DNA of 64,000 nucleotides from Candidatus Omnitrophota bacterium (GTDB lineage: Bacteria; Omnitrophota; Gorgyraeia; Gygaellales; Profunditerraquicolaceae): positions 74,133 to 138,132 of the forward strand of contig QZKH01000002.1 of NCBI GenBank assembly GCA_003598025.1. Direction: 5' to 3'. Every line of letters starts with the position of its first letter. The stretch's first letter is position 1. The position numbers and the translations under genes were made by a program. The notes beneath the pieces were generated by a model. It did not search any database. It worked only from the letters and a program-made list of their open reading frames with translations, and was not told the origin of the DNA. Below are positions 1-9,410 of the stretch, one piece after another.

Positions 1-1
1 T

Positions 2-217
2 ATATATGTTGATACAAGCGGGGATACTACAAAAGCAAATTTTGATGCCGCGCTTGAATTATTCGGGCCTAAGCATATTTTATGGGGAAGTGACTGGCCG
101 GCTAAGAAGGATATAAAAGCAGGGATTAATGCGGTGAATAATTTGGAGATTACAGAAGAAGATAGGAAGGGTATTTTAGGTTGTAATTTATTGAGTATTT
201 TTAATTCTATTGATTAA
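2..217 (+). CDS. Amidohydrolase-2 family (TIM-barrel metal-dependent hydrolase) protein, 3' end only; 5' end lies outside the window
   Basis: Open frame from the window edge to TAA at 215-217. It translates to ...FGPKHILWGSDWP...ILGCNLLSIF..., typical of amidohydrolase_2 C-termini. No start codon in the window, so it is absent from the ORF track. Confidence 0.45.
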   Translation: MYVDTSGDTTKANFDAALELFGPKHILWGSDWPAKKDIKAGINAVNNLEITEEDRKGILGCNLLSIFNSID

Positions 218-337
218 ATTTAAGAAAGCTTAACGATCCGCTTTTGTTGCATAGCACGGAGAGAACTTAAAAAATAATCAAGGTAAGCATAATGTGTTAA
301 GTCTTTCTTATCGTTAGCTAATATTAAGGAGAGCAAA

Positions 338-673
338 ATGAAAGATTTTCTGCAGAAAATAATGAAATCTTGGACTTGTAGACACGATATTTTTATATTA
401 TATATTCTTGTGCTATTGTCCTATATGGGTCTCCTATTGAATTTAAGACTCATATCACGTTTGGCAAATATTATCAATAGGATTTCAGTGGTATTAGACG
501 CTTCCAGGATGAGGACCGAAGTTACATCAATACAATTATCAGAACTCACGCAAAAAATTGACTTGTTAAAGATCAGTTATGAAAATGTTATGACATTAGT
601 TCATACATTCTTAATTATAATAGGTGCTCTTCTTATATTTGTAACAGTCAGTCAATTATTTAAGAAACAGTGA
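338..673 (+). CDS. Hypothetical small membrane protein
   Basis: 111-aa ORF with an AAGGAGAG RBS 6 nt upstream of the ATG. Hydrophobic N- and C-terminal segments. No recognisable family. Confidence 0.4.
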   Translation: MKDFLQKIMKSWTCRHDIFILYILVLLSYMGLLLNLRLISRLANIINRISVVLDASRMRTEVTSIQLSELTQKIDLLKISYENVMTLVHTFLIIIGALLIFVTVSQLFKKQ

Positions 674-758
674 TTTAATAATGAGCTGGATAATTCTATT
701 AATAAGTAAAGTCGATGTTGGAGTCAGTAAGTGATCAAGTAAGCGAAAGGATACAATT

Positions 759-1511
759 ATGCAGATGCAAAAAGAAGTCCATCTGACCGGTAAAGATTTA
801 ACACAAATGGTCCAGCTTAGGCCTGAAGATGTGGGAAAATATGCGATTGTGCCCGGGCCAAAAGACAGGCTCGATGTACTCATGAAAAAAATTGAGAGCC
901 CGATAAAGAATTTCTCATTTATGGAATATACCATGTATACCGGGACTTACCAGGGGATAAAAATTACCGGGATCAACGGCGGAAGGTTTTCAACGGATAC
1001 TGCAATTACTTCCGAAGTCATGTGCAATGCCGGAATAAAAAACATTATCAGGATCGGCACCTGCGGTGCACTGGATGAAAATATAAGAGTCGGCGATCTT
1101 TTCATCGTTGACGAAGTGATCCGGGGAGACGGCGTTACGCCGTATTATGTTGATAAAGATTTTAAGACGCAGGCTAATAAAGAGATAAGCGATGTTGTAT
1201 ACCATATTGCTAAGAGCAAAGGGCTTAATGTGCACCGCGGTACTGCCTGGACAACAGATGCGCTTTTACGCGAGACAAGGGAGATAGTCGAAGCAAAACG
1301 CAAGGAGGGCGCGCGTGCCGTAGATATGGTCTCTTCAACACTTTTAACGATCGCCCAGGTACACAATGTTAAAGCAGGTTCAATTCTGGCAGTAAGCGAC
1401 AATGTTATAACAGGTGAGATGGGCTTTATGAATCCTTTGTATTACATGGCAGAGACAAATCTTATTAATATTGCTTTGGAGGCCGTAAAAGAGCTTGAAG
1501 CCGCTTCTTAA
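759..1511 (+). CDS. Purine/uridine nucleoside phosphorylase family 1 (PNP_UDP_1) enzyme; candidate 5'-methylthioadenosine / 5'-deoxyadenosine phosphorylase
   Basis: 250 aa with the IRIGTCGAL nucleoside phosphorylase motif (cf. DeoD RVGSCGA). Sits directly upstream of an MtnA-family isomerase gene. Confidence 0.7.
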   Translation: MQMQKEVHLTGKDLTQMVQLRPEDVGKYAIVPGPKDRLDVLMKKIESPIKNFSFMEYTMYTGTYQGIKITGINGGRFSTDTAITSEVMCNAGIKNIIRIGTCGALDENIRVGDLFIVDEVIRGDGVTPYYVDKDFKTQANKEISDVVYHIAKSKGLNVHRGTAWTTDALLRETREIVEAKRKEGARAVDMVSSTLLTIAQVHNVKAGSILAVSDNVITGEMGFMNPLYYMAETNLINIALEAVKELEAAS

Positions 1512-1544
1512 TCAAGGAGGGACGGTTCTTAGATTAAAGCAGAA

Positions 1545-2507
1545 GTGTCCCTAATAAAAAGGATATGGCACATGAAATATTCACCACTATTTTGGCCAAT
1601 CAGATTGCAGGGTAATAAAATAATTGTTTTGGATGAAACCCTGCTTCCGCACAAGCTGAACTTTATTACCGTCAGGGATTATAAAGACTCATGCCGCGTA
1701 ATCAAACAGATGAAAACCCGCGCAATAGGCCAGGTCTTGTTAGTTTTCTATACCTTCTTGCTTATCCTCAAGCAAAATAACGCCAAGAAAAACACGTTGC
1801 CATTACTCAAGAAGATAGCTAATGCCTTAAATTCAACACGGCCTACACTTTCATTCAAATATATTACCGATATGGTCTTAAGCTGGGCCCAGGCAGATGG
1901 CAAACTCGAGAAAAAAATATTAAGCTTCCTGGAGATGCTTAAAAACATGCGTATAAGGCAAGCTAAAGACTTAAGTAAATTGATTAAGAATAATGACGCA
2001 ATACTTACCCATTGTAATATCAGCGGGCTCTTAAGCCTTGCAGCGGATTTTTCTAGAAAAGAAAAGAAAAAGATCCGTTTTTATGTTACTGAAACCCGGC
2101 CATACTTACAGGGTTCGCGCCTGACTGCCTGGGAATTAAAGAACTCCGGTTTTGATGTTACGGTAATAGCCGACAATATGGTTGCCCAGGTAATGAAAGA
2201 AGGAAAAATATCAAAAGTTGTCGTCGGTGCAGACCATTTAGCGCGAAACGGAGATATCGCAAATAAAATCGGGACTTACCAGATAGCGTTGCTTGCCAAG
2301 CACTTTAAAATACCTTTTTATGCGGTTTGCCCTCCGGCATCTAACGCCAAGGCAGGGAGCGATATAAAGATTGAAATAAGGCCCGAAGATGAATTACTGG
2401 TTTTTAACGGGAAGAAAATCGCTCCTGAAGGCGTAAACGGTTATTATCCGGCATTTGATATTACGCCCGATAAATTGATCACTAGGCATATTTACATGGG
2501 GATTTAA
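1545..2507 (+). CDS. mtnA: eIF-2B alpha/beta/delta-like family isomerase (MtnA-like methylthioribose-1-phosphate / 5-deoxyribose-1-phosphate isomerase)
   Basis: GADHLARNGDIANKIGTYQIALLAKHFKIPFYAVCP closely matches the MtnA/eIF2B signature GADRIAANGDTANKIGTY...PFYVAAP. The start is ambiguous: GTG at 1545 or ATG at 1572. Confidence 0.75.
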   Translation: MSLIKRIWHMKYSPLFWPIRLQGNKIIVLDETLLPHKLNFITVRDYKDSCRVIKQMKTRAIGQVLLVFYTFLLILKQNNAKKNTLPLLKKIANALNSTRPTLSFKYITDMVLSWAQADGKLEKKILSFLEMLKNMRIRQAKDLSKLIKNNDAILTHCNISGLLSLAADFSRKEKKKIRFYVTETRPYLQGSRLTAWELKNSGFDVTVIADNMVAQVMKEGKISKVVVGADHLARNGDIANKIGTYQIALLAKHFKIPFYAVCPPASNAKAGSDIKIEIRPEDELLVFNGKKIAPEGVNGYYPAFDITPDKLITRHIYMGI

Positions 2508-2508
2508 T

Positions 2509-3504
2509 ATGAGTGAAATAGATTTAGCCAAAGAGCAGATAATCAAAACAGGGAAAAGATTATATGAAGCCGGGCTTGCGGTTGCAAAGTCAGGGAATTT
2601 GAGCATAAAGATAGACCCTAAAACTATCCTTATAACAGCTACTTCAACGGCTTTGGGTCAGCTGAGCCCGGAAGATATTGTTTCGGTAGAATTAGATAGC
2701 CTTAAGTGCAGCGATAGAAATAAACCCAGTTCTGAACTCCCCTTGCATAGCCTCATCTATAAGAATTCCGCAGCTTGCGTAGTATTACATGCGCACCCGC
2801 CGTTAATTAACGGTTATTTTGCGGTAAATGATAATCTTGAGGCAATGACTTTTGAAACCAGGTTTTATTTAGGTAATGTCCCGGTCATAAAACAGGATAC
2901 CCCCACCGTTACTAACCCCGCACCCGTAATCGAGGCGCTGAAAAATAGCAATATAGTTGTCTTAAAAAACCACGGTGTGGTGTCTATTGCTGATAATTTT
3001 AAGGATGCACTTGCTTTAGTCGAGGCCCTTGAAGAAGCAATAAAATCAGCAGTGGTTGCCAGGCTGTTCAGCAAAGGCAACTTAAGCAATGCCGAAGAGG
3101 TCATTAAAGAAAGATTATCTTCTGATAAGGTATATCCTATGTTTTCAAAAGAGCATATACAGGCAATAGTCGATTTGGTCAATGATGACGATTTTATTGC
3201 CCAAAAGGGCAAGGAGCTTGATTTGACTGTAAACCTTGCAATAAAGCTTAACGAAACAAATCAGGCGTATAAATTTAATTTTGATAAAGGAAAGATAATC
3301 AGGCTGGACTGTGATGCGGATGCTCCTTTTGTAATTTCAGCTCCTGCGGCAGTCTGGGAACAGGTATTTTTAGGCAAGCTCGATTCATTTGTAGCTGTTA
3401 CGCAGGGGAAGATGAAATTGGAAGGCCAATTGGGCCAGCTTTCAAAATGGTATGTGCCCTTTAGCCGGCTCTTCGAAATATTTAAGCAGGTGAAATTTAA
3501 ATGA
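2509..3504 (+). CDS. Class II aldolase/adducin-domain protein fused to a C-terminal SCP2 (sterol carrier protein-2) domain; candidate MTRu-1-P / 5-deoxyribulose-1-P aldolase or dehydratase
   Basis: The N-terminal ~200 aa have the class II aldolase fold (HSLIYKNSAACVVLHAHPP, HGVVSIA). The C-terminal ~110 aa look SCP2-like (GKMKLEGQLGQL). Start overlaps the mtnA-like stop (TAATATG). Confidence 0.6.
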   Translation: MSEIDLAKEQIIKTGKRLYEAGLAVAKSGNLSIKIDPKTILITATSTALGQLSPEDIVSVELDSLKCSDRNKPSSELPLHSLIYKNSAACVVLHAHPPLINGYFAVNDNLEAMTFETRFYLGNVPVIKQDTPTVTNPAPVIEALKNSNIVVLKNHGVVSIADNFKDALALVEALEEAIKSAVVARLFSKGNLSNAEEVIKERLSSDKVYPMFSKEHIQAIVDLVNDDDFIAQKGKELDLTVNLAIKLNETNQAYKFNFDKGKIIRLDCDADAPFVISAPAAVWEQVFLGKLDSFVAVTQGKMKLEGQLGQLSKWYVPFSRLFEIFKQVKFK

Positions 3505-4982
3505 ATACTAAATTATTAATAAACGGCCAGCTTATCGAGACGAAGCAAAAGGAAAGAATCCTGAACCCTTCAACAGGCAGGGTTATTGAAGAAGTTTCTC
3601 TTGCTTCAAAGGCTGAACTGGAGAATGCCCTTGAGTCAGCGCGCATTGCTTTTGACCGTGGCCAGTGGCCAAGGCTGGGGTATGATGAAAGAAGGGAATT
3701 CATCCTAAAGATTAAGCAGGGTATTTTGGATAATGCAGCAGAGTTGGCAAAGATAGAGACGCTTAACACCGGCAAGCCGATAAAAGAAACAACATTTATG
3801 GATATCCCGTCTTCGGCTAAGAGCTTTGAGTATATGGCGGATAATTTTGAGAAGTTCCTGAGTGAAGAGAAAATATCTATACAGCAAGAGGCAGAGTGCA
3901 GGCTTATGCGTTCGGCCCGCGGCGTAGCCGTATTGATAATCCCATGGAATTATCCTTTGTTAATCGCCTCCTGGAAACTCGCCTCTGCGCTGTGCGCAGG
4001 TAACACCGTGATTTTAAAACCTTCAAGCCTGACACCTTTAAGTGTTTTAGAATTAGCCAGGATCATACATGATATAGGCTTTCCAAAAGGAGCGGTAAAT
4101 ATTATAAACGCGCCAGGCGCCGAAGCCGGCCAGCTGCTTTGCGCAAGCAAGTCAGTTGATATGGTATCATTTACCGGTAGTAACGAGGTCGGCCGGCAGA
4201 TAATCAATTATACCTCCACTAATGTCAAGAAACTGATAATGGAGTTAGGAGGTAAATCTGCCAGCATTATTATGGATGATGTGGACCTTGATGTTGCAGT
4301 AAACAGCAATCTATGTTCGATATTTCTGAATCAGGGCCAGATGTGCACGGCGATGTCACGCATACTCGTTCATGAAAAAATTTACGATAAGTTTGTTGAA
4401 ACCTTTGTCAGAAAAACCAGGTCAATAAAACTAGGGCAGGGAGAAGATTTTCAGACTCAAATGGGGCCGTTGATCTCGATTTCACAGATAAAGAAAATCA
4501 TTACTTATATAGATAAAGCAAAAAAAGAAGGGGCACACGTTTGTTGCGGAGGCAGGGCGCCGGAAGACCCTTCCTTAAAAAATGGGTTTTATTTTGAACC
4601 GACCGTTATTACTAATGTAAATGCGCACATGGAGGTATTTAAAGAAGAGGTCTTTGGGCCGGTTGTCTGTATTATGAAATTCTCTTCCATAGCTGAAGCG
4701 GTTGAAATAGCTAATAACAGTGATTTTGCTTTGGCAGCGTCTATTTGGACCAATAATAAGGAAGTTTCCGATGAGATAGCAAATAAGATAAACGCCGGCA
4801 TTATCTGGATAAATACTTACGGTATGTTTTACAATCAGGCTCCTTACGGCGGTTTTAAGCAGAGCGGTTTCGGTAAAGAGCTTGGCCGGGAAGGTTTTCT
4901 TGAATATACCGGGCTTAAGAATGTCATAGTTGACCGGAACCCGCAAGGCAAGCCTCTGGTAAACTACTGGTATGGTTTTTGA
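3501..4982 (+). CDS. NAD(P)-dependent aldehyde dehydrogenase
   Basis: 493 aa. Carries the ALDH glutamate motif (LIMELGGKSA) and the catalytic cysteine context (FLNQGQMCTAMSR). The ATGA overlap with the upstream gene suggests translational coupling. Confidence 0.85.
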   Translation: MNTKLLINGQLIETKQKERILNPSTGRVIEEVSLASKAELENALESARIAFDRGQWPRLGYDERREFILKIKQGILDNAAELAKIETLNTGKPIKETTFMDIPSSAKSFEYMADNFEKFLSEEKISIQQEAECRLMRSARGVAVLIIPWNYPLLIASWKLASALCAGNTVILKPSSLTPLSVLELARIIHDIGFPKGAVNIINAPGAEAGQLLCASKSVDMVSFTGSNEVGRQIINYTSTNVKKLIMELGGKSASIIMDDVDLDVAVNSNLCSIFLNQGQMCTAMSRILVHEKIYDKFVETFVRKTRSIKLGQGEDFQTQMGPLISISQIKKIITYIDKAKKEGAHVCCGGRAPEDPSLKNGFYFEPTVITNVNAHMEVFKEEVFGPVVCIMKFSSIAEAVEIANNSDFALAASIWTNNKEVSDEIANKINAGIIWINTYGMFYNQAPYGGFKQSGFGKELGREGFLEYTGLKNVIVDRNPQGKPLVNYWYGF

Positions 4983-5227
4983 TGAAGCTTAAACTGAATT
5001 TATACCCGATAGCATCGGACTTAGAGGGTAAAATAGATGAAATCCTAAATAAAGCAGTTGAGAACCGTGCTAAGCTTATCGAAATAGCTTATGGCAAGGC
5101 GTCAGAGGATATTAAAAAAAGGATACTGAATTTTCTAAACCGTAAAGATAAGCGTATTCTTTACCACCGTCTTGAAAAATCAAAAGAGGGGTGGGGAAGG
5201 ATATACATTCATTTTAGGTGGAAATAA
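4979..5227 (+). CDS. Small Smr-like domain protein (hypothetical)
   Basis: 82 aa. KLNLYP...IEIAYGKAS weakly resembles the Smr LDLHG...IIHGKG core. Overlaps neighbours at both ends. Confidence 0.3.
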   Translation: MMKLKLNLYPIASDLEGKIDEILNKAVENRAKLIEIAYGKASEDIKKRILNFLNRKDKRILYHRLEKSKEGWGRIYIHFRWK

Positions 5228-5649
5228 TTAACAAGGAGGCGGATGTGGGTAATAATTATTCCGGGCAAGAGAGGCGTAAGTTTAAAAGAGTTAAGATAAA
5301 CCTGGTAGTAGTTTATCATCCTGACAGGCCTTTGGACGTGGTGGTCATGCAGGGGTCTAAAGAGGAAAGGGCTACTATGCTTGATATAAGCCAGGGCGGT
5401 ATGTCAATCCTGGCAAAGACAAATATCCCCATTTCAACTAATGTATGGATAAAATTTACGCTTATGAGTTCGGACAAAGACCATGCCGATTTCTATGGCA
5501 ATATGGAAGTGAAAGGGCAGGTGCGTTACGGCATAGCTGAGCCCGGCGGTCGATACAGGCTGGGTATAAGCTTTTTGGGTTTGAACGAAAAAGACAGTAT
5601 AAACATCTCCAGCTTTGTAGAATCGTTAGAAAAAGGCAAAAAGAGTTAA
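5218..5649 (+). CDS. PilZ-domain protein (putative c-di-GMP receptor)
   Basis: RxxxR (RRKFKRVKI) and D/NxSxxG (DISQGGMSI) PilZ motifs. Start ambiguous: GTG at 5218, or GTG at 5245 which sits 4 nt after an AAGGAGG. Confidence 0.6.
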   Translation: MEIINKEADVGNNYSGQERRKFKRVKINLVVVYHPDRPLDVVVMQGSKEERATMLDISQGGMSILAKTNIPISTNVWIKFTLMSSDKDHADFYGNMEVKGQVRYGIAEPGGRYRLGISFLGLNEKDSINISSFVESLEKGKKS

Positions 5650-7167
5650 ATGGATATTATTAAAACACTGCAGGAGCGTATAAACACAGATGCCGATAAA
5701 CCGGCTATAATTTTTCGAGGCGGCCAGATATCTTTTAAGGAATTAATAACCAAGGTATATTCTTTAGCAGACAGCCTCGCAAAAATCGGCGTTAAGAATT
5801 CAGATAAAGTAGCTATATACCTGCCTAATTGCCCTGAATATTTCATAAGCTACCTGGCGGCATGGTGTATGGGGTTGGCGGTTGTCCCCTTAGACTATAT
5901 GCTTACCGAAGATGAATTGAATTCGTGTATTGGGCATTCAGAGGCAAAAGTGCTTATCGCCAGGCAGAAACCGGTGATATCACTAAATAATATAAAATCC
6001 AGAAACACAAAGCTTACCCATATTATTGTATCTAATCCTTCTGATAGCGGATTCCTTAAATTCGATGATATGTGTGTTACCTATAAGGCAGGCCCGAAAA
6101 AAGCTTATTCAGAAAAGGATTATGCGATTATTTTTTACACATCAGGCACTACCGGTAAACCCAAGGGTGTCCTGATAAATTACCGTCAATTAGGCGCTCC
6201 CGTACAATCAATGAGTTTTTTTACGGATTTAAACGACAAGGATATTGCCTTGTGCGCATTGCCCTTTTCTCACCTGGGAGGCCTGATTTATATCTTAAAC
6301 TGTGTTTCTTTTGGCATTACGGTTGTGCTTATGGAGCGGTTTAGCCCGTTAGAGTTCCTCAAAAATATAGAGGCCTTTAAGGTGAGCTGCTTCTGGATAG
6401 TGCCCTCGATGTATTATGCCTTCCTTCAGTTAAAAGAATTTGAAAATATCGATCTTTCTTCGCTCAGATGGATAGTTACTTTCGGGGCCTCAAATTCCCC
6501 CGAGGCATTAAGAAGGTTCCATAAATATTGCCCGAGTGCTTATATTTTAAACGGCTGGGGCCTGACCGAAACGAACGCCCCAACTACGGTTCTGCCTATG
6601 GGCTCAAATAAAATCGAGAGTGTAGGCCGTCCTGCCCCGTGGATCGAAGTGAAGATATTTTCCGCAGAGGGTTTGGATACGCCGGACAAAGAATTGCCAA
6701 GAGGCGAAATAGGCGAAATTGTTGTCAAAAGCTGGGTGGTTACTGACGGATATTATAAAGATGAGAACCTTACGCTTCAGACGATCCGTAACGGATGGTT
6801 CCATACCGGAGACCTGGGCAGGTTTGATGACGATGGGCACCTATACATTGTCGGCAGAAAAAAAGAAATGATAAAAGTCGGGGGAGAAATAGTTTTTGAG
6901 CCCGAGGTTGAATCAGTGATTTACAGCCATCCGGATGTAAGCGAAGCAGCTGTTATAGGAGTAAGCGATAAACTAAGAGGCGAAGTACCCAAGGCCTTCA
7001 TTGTCCTTAAAGAAGGCAGGCAGCTTTCAGAGGAGGACATAAGATTTTTCTTAAGACAGCATCTTGCGCATTTTAAAATCCCGCATTATTTCGAATATAA
7101 GGAAAGTCTCCCTAAGAACCGGACAGGCAAGATTGATAAAGAAGCGCTCAGGACAGGTTCTTATTGA
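5650..7167 (+). CDS. AMP-dependent synthetase/ligase (acyl-CoA synthetase family)
   Basis: AMP-binding motif YTSGTTGKPKGV, GWGLTET, hinge GDLGRFDDDGHLYIVGRKKEMIKVGGEIV, and the terminal PKNRTGKIDK lysine. Confidence 0.85.
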   Translation: MDIIKTLQERINTDADKPAIIFRGGQISFKELITKVYSLADSLAKIGVKNSDKVAIYLPNCPEYFISYLAAWCMGLAVVPLDYMLTEDELNSCIGHSEAKVLIARQKPVISLNNIKSRNTKLTHIIVSNPSDSGFLKFDDMCVTYKAGPKKAYSEKDYAIIFYTSGTTGKPKGVLINYRQLGAPVQSMSFFTDLNDKDIALCALPFSHLGGLIYILNCVSFGITVVLMERFSPLEFLKNIEAFKVSCFWIVPSMYYAFLQLKEFENIDLSSLRWIVTFGASNSPEALRRFHKYCPSAYILNGWGLTETNAPTTVLPMGSNKIESVGRPAPWIEVKIFSAEGLDTPDKELPRGEIGEIVVKSWVVTDGYYKDENLTLQTIRNGWFHTGDLGRFDDDGHLYIVGRKKEMIKVGGEIVFEPEVESVIYSHPDVSEAAVIGVSDKLRGEVPKAFIVLKEGRQLSEEDIRFFLRQHLAHFKIPHYFEYKESLPKNRTGKIDKEALRTGSY

Positions 7168-7173
7168 ATCCGG

Positions 7174-8199
7174 ATGAACATAAATAATTTCAACCTTGAA
7201 GAGTTGGAGAAAGTGTTGCGCGAATGTGGTCAGCCTGTTTTTCGCGCCCGGCAGATTTTTGCCTGGGTACATAAGAGGAAAGTCTTTGATTTCGGAAAAA
7301 TGTCGGATATGCCGTCAAGCTTAAGAGAAAAACTCAAAAATAAATATTCTATTCAGGATTTAAGCATAAGGAACATAACACGGTCAAGAGACGGAACGCA
7401 AAAATACCTTTTTTCTTTGAATGATGCCAATCTTATTGAAGCGGTGAATATCCCTGCGGCAGGCAGGGTTACGGGATGCGTTTCTACGCAAGCCGGCTGC
7501 AGGTTTGCTTGTAAATTTTGCGCAAGCGGAATTCAGGGATTTGTCAGGAACCTGGAATGTTCTGAGATAATTGAGCAGATTCTTGTCCTTGACAGAGATG
7601 CTTCCGGCGGCCTCACTAACCTCGTTTTTATGGGCACAGGCGAGCCGTTAGATAATTACGATAATGTTATCAAGGCGGCAAGGATAATAAATTCGCAATA
7701 CAGCATTAATCTTGGCGCAAGGAAGATAACCATTTCAACTTCCGGTGTCATTGCCGGCATAGAGCGTCTCAGTAACGAAGGGCTGCAAATCGAACTATCG
7801 GTTTCTTTGCATGCTGCAGATGATAGGACAAGGTCAAGCCTGATGCCCATAAACAAGGTTTATCCTCTAAGTGATCTGATTAAAGCCTGCAGAAAATATA
7901 CCGAGAAAACTAACCGGCAGATAACTTTCGAATACATCCTTATTAAGGGCATTAATTCTACATTGCAGGATGCGCTTAATTTAGTTAAAGTATTAAAAGG
8001 GTTATCCACAATCAAGGTTAATCTTATAGTATCTAATATCGTAGAAGAATCCGGACTTGAGCCGGCGGGCCTGAAAGATGCCGCTGCTTTTAAAGGGTGC
8101 CTTATTAAACACGGCATAAACGTGACGCTGCGTAAGCCGCGCGGACAGGATATTGATGCTGCCTGTGGGCAATTGAGGTTGAGATATGGGGAAGGATAG
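7174..8199 (+). CDS. rlmN: 23S rRNA (adenine2503-C2)-methyltransferase RlmN (radical SAM)
   Basis: CKFCASG radical-SAM CxxxCxxC motif, RlmN-type N-terminus (LRECGQPVFRARQIFAWV) and the conserved C-terminal Cys region. Confidence 0.85.
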   Translation: MNINNFNLEELEKVLRECGQPVFRARQIFAWVHKRKVFDFGKMSDMPSSLREKLKNKYSIQDLSIRNITRSRDGTQKYLFSLNDANLIEAVNIPAAGRVTGCVSTQAGCRFACKFCASGIQGFVRNLECSEIIEQILVLDRDASGGLTNLVFMGTGEPLDNYDNVIKAARIINSQYSINLGARKITISTSGVIAGIERLSNEGLQIELSVSLHAADDRTRSSLMPINKVYPLSDLIKACRKYTEKTNRQITFEYILIKGINSTLQDALNLVKVLKGLSTIKVNLIVSNIVEESGLEPAGLKDAAAFKGCLIKHGINVTLRKPRGQDIDAACGQLRLRYGEG

Positions 8200-8866
8200 T
8201 TCACTGTTCATAGTTCATAGTTCATGGATTAAGGCGGCAAATTTTATCTTGGCCTTATTTTTATTCTTTGGGATCATCGGGTGTCAGAAGAGGGATATAA
8301 AGAATATTGATTCTAAGGGCACGAATATCATTTGTTTCGGGGATAGCATAACCTTTGGTTACGGCGTTGACCCGGATAAAAGCTATCCTGCGGTTTTAGC
8401 CGGCATAACGCAGTGGCAGGTCATTAACGCAGGGGTAGATGGCGATACTTCAACCGATGGCTTAAACAGGATTAACAAAGATGTTTTAGAAAAAGACCCC
8501 TTACTTGTTGTTATTGAGTTCGGCGGTAATGATTTTCTCAAGAAAATACCAAAAACGCAAACCGCTGAAAACGTAAATAAAATGATTGATCATATACATG
8601 GACGCGGCTCAATGGTAGCGTTGTTAGATATAAGTACAGGCATTTTACTTAGCGATTACCATAAGCTTTTGAAAGACATAGCATCAGAAAGAGGCGCTAT
8701 TTTTATCCCAAAGATTTTAACAGGAATAATCACTAACCCCAGTATGAAGAGCGATTTCCTGCATCCTAATGAAAATGGTTACGCTGTTATCGCCCAACGT
8801 GTTTACCGCACAATTATCCCTTACCTGAATAGGAATTTTACTTTAAAGAGCATCGCCAGCAAATAA
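8186..8866 (+). CDS. SGNH/GDSL-family lipase or acylhydrolase (TesA-like), probable lipoprotein
   Basis: GDSITFGYG block I and GGNDF block. A lipobox-like IIGC follows a hydrophobic stretch. The N-terminal codons overlap a heptad repeat, so the true start may lie downstream of 8186. Confidence 0.7.
   Translation: MGKDSSLFIVHSSWIKAANFILALFLFFGIIGCQKRDIKNIDSKGTNIICFGDSITFGYGVDPDKSYPAVLAGITQWQVINAGVDGDTSTDGLNRINKDVLEKDPLLVVIEFGGNDFLKKIPKTQTAENVNKMIDHIHGRGSMVALLDISTGILLSDYHKLLKDIASERGAIFIPKILTGIITNPSMKSDFLHPNENGYAVIAQRVYRTIIPYLNRNFTLKSIASK
8199..8226. repeat. Heptad array (GTTCACT GTTCATA GTTCATA GTTCATG) at the rlmN / GDSL-lipase junction
   Basis: Four units overlapping the rlmN stop and the annotated 5' end of the lipase ORF. 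Confidence 0.75.
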
Positions 8867-8929
8867 AAGTATCTCTTTATTTTAGCCGGTGTTTTTTGAT
8901 ATAATAATATTTAAGCATATACTTTTATA

Positions 8930-9409
8930 GTGATGAGAAATATCCTTCACACGCCAATCCCTGAGAAAAGATATCGGGCCAGGGCTTTTGCCCTGGTAGA
9001 GACGCTTCTTGCCACGGCGATAATGGTGTTTGGGCTTTGCGCGATACTGATAACCTACATATCCTGCCTTTTACTTATTACTACCGCTAAGAACATTAAT
9101 ATAGCTACTAATGCTACGTTAAGCCTGATGGAGGGGATACGCAGCAGCGATTTTACACAGATATCCGCTAATTATAACGGATTAAATTTTGTTTTAAACG
9201 ATATACCTTTAAGCAGGGGAGTAGTTTATGTTGATGATACAAATGCCGAGCTTTTACAGGTGGATATAAGCGTGTGTTGGCAGCAGGGTAACAGGGTAAT
9301 CGGAGAAGATGCAAATTTAAACGGTATGCTTGATCCGGGAGAAGATGTAAATGGTAACGGGATCATTGATTCCACGGTAAAGGCGACAACTTTAATAGCC
9401 AACAGGTGA
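8930..9409 (+). CDS. Pseudopilin/minor pilin-like protein with an atypical prepilin N-terminus
   Basis: RARAFALVETLLATAIMVFGL resembles the prepilin cleavage/methylation segment (G-F-T-L-I-E), but has Ala rather than Gly at -1. An extended -10 (TGATATAAT) lies at 8897-8905. Confidence 0.45.
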   Translation: MMRNILHTPIPEKRYRARAFALVETLLATAIMVFGLCAILITYISCLLLITTAKNINIATNATLSLMEGIRSSDFTQISANYNGLNFVLNDIPLSRGVVYVDDTNAELLQVDISVCWQQGNRVIGEDANLNGMLDPGEDVNGNGIIDSTVKATTLIANR

Positions 9410-9410
9410 T

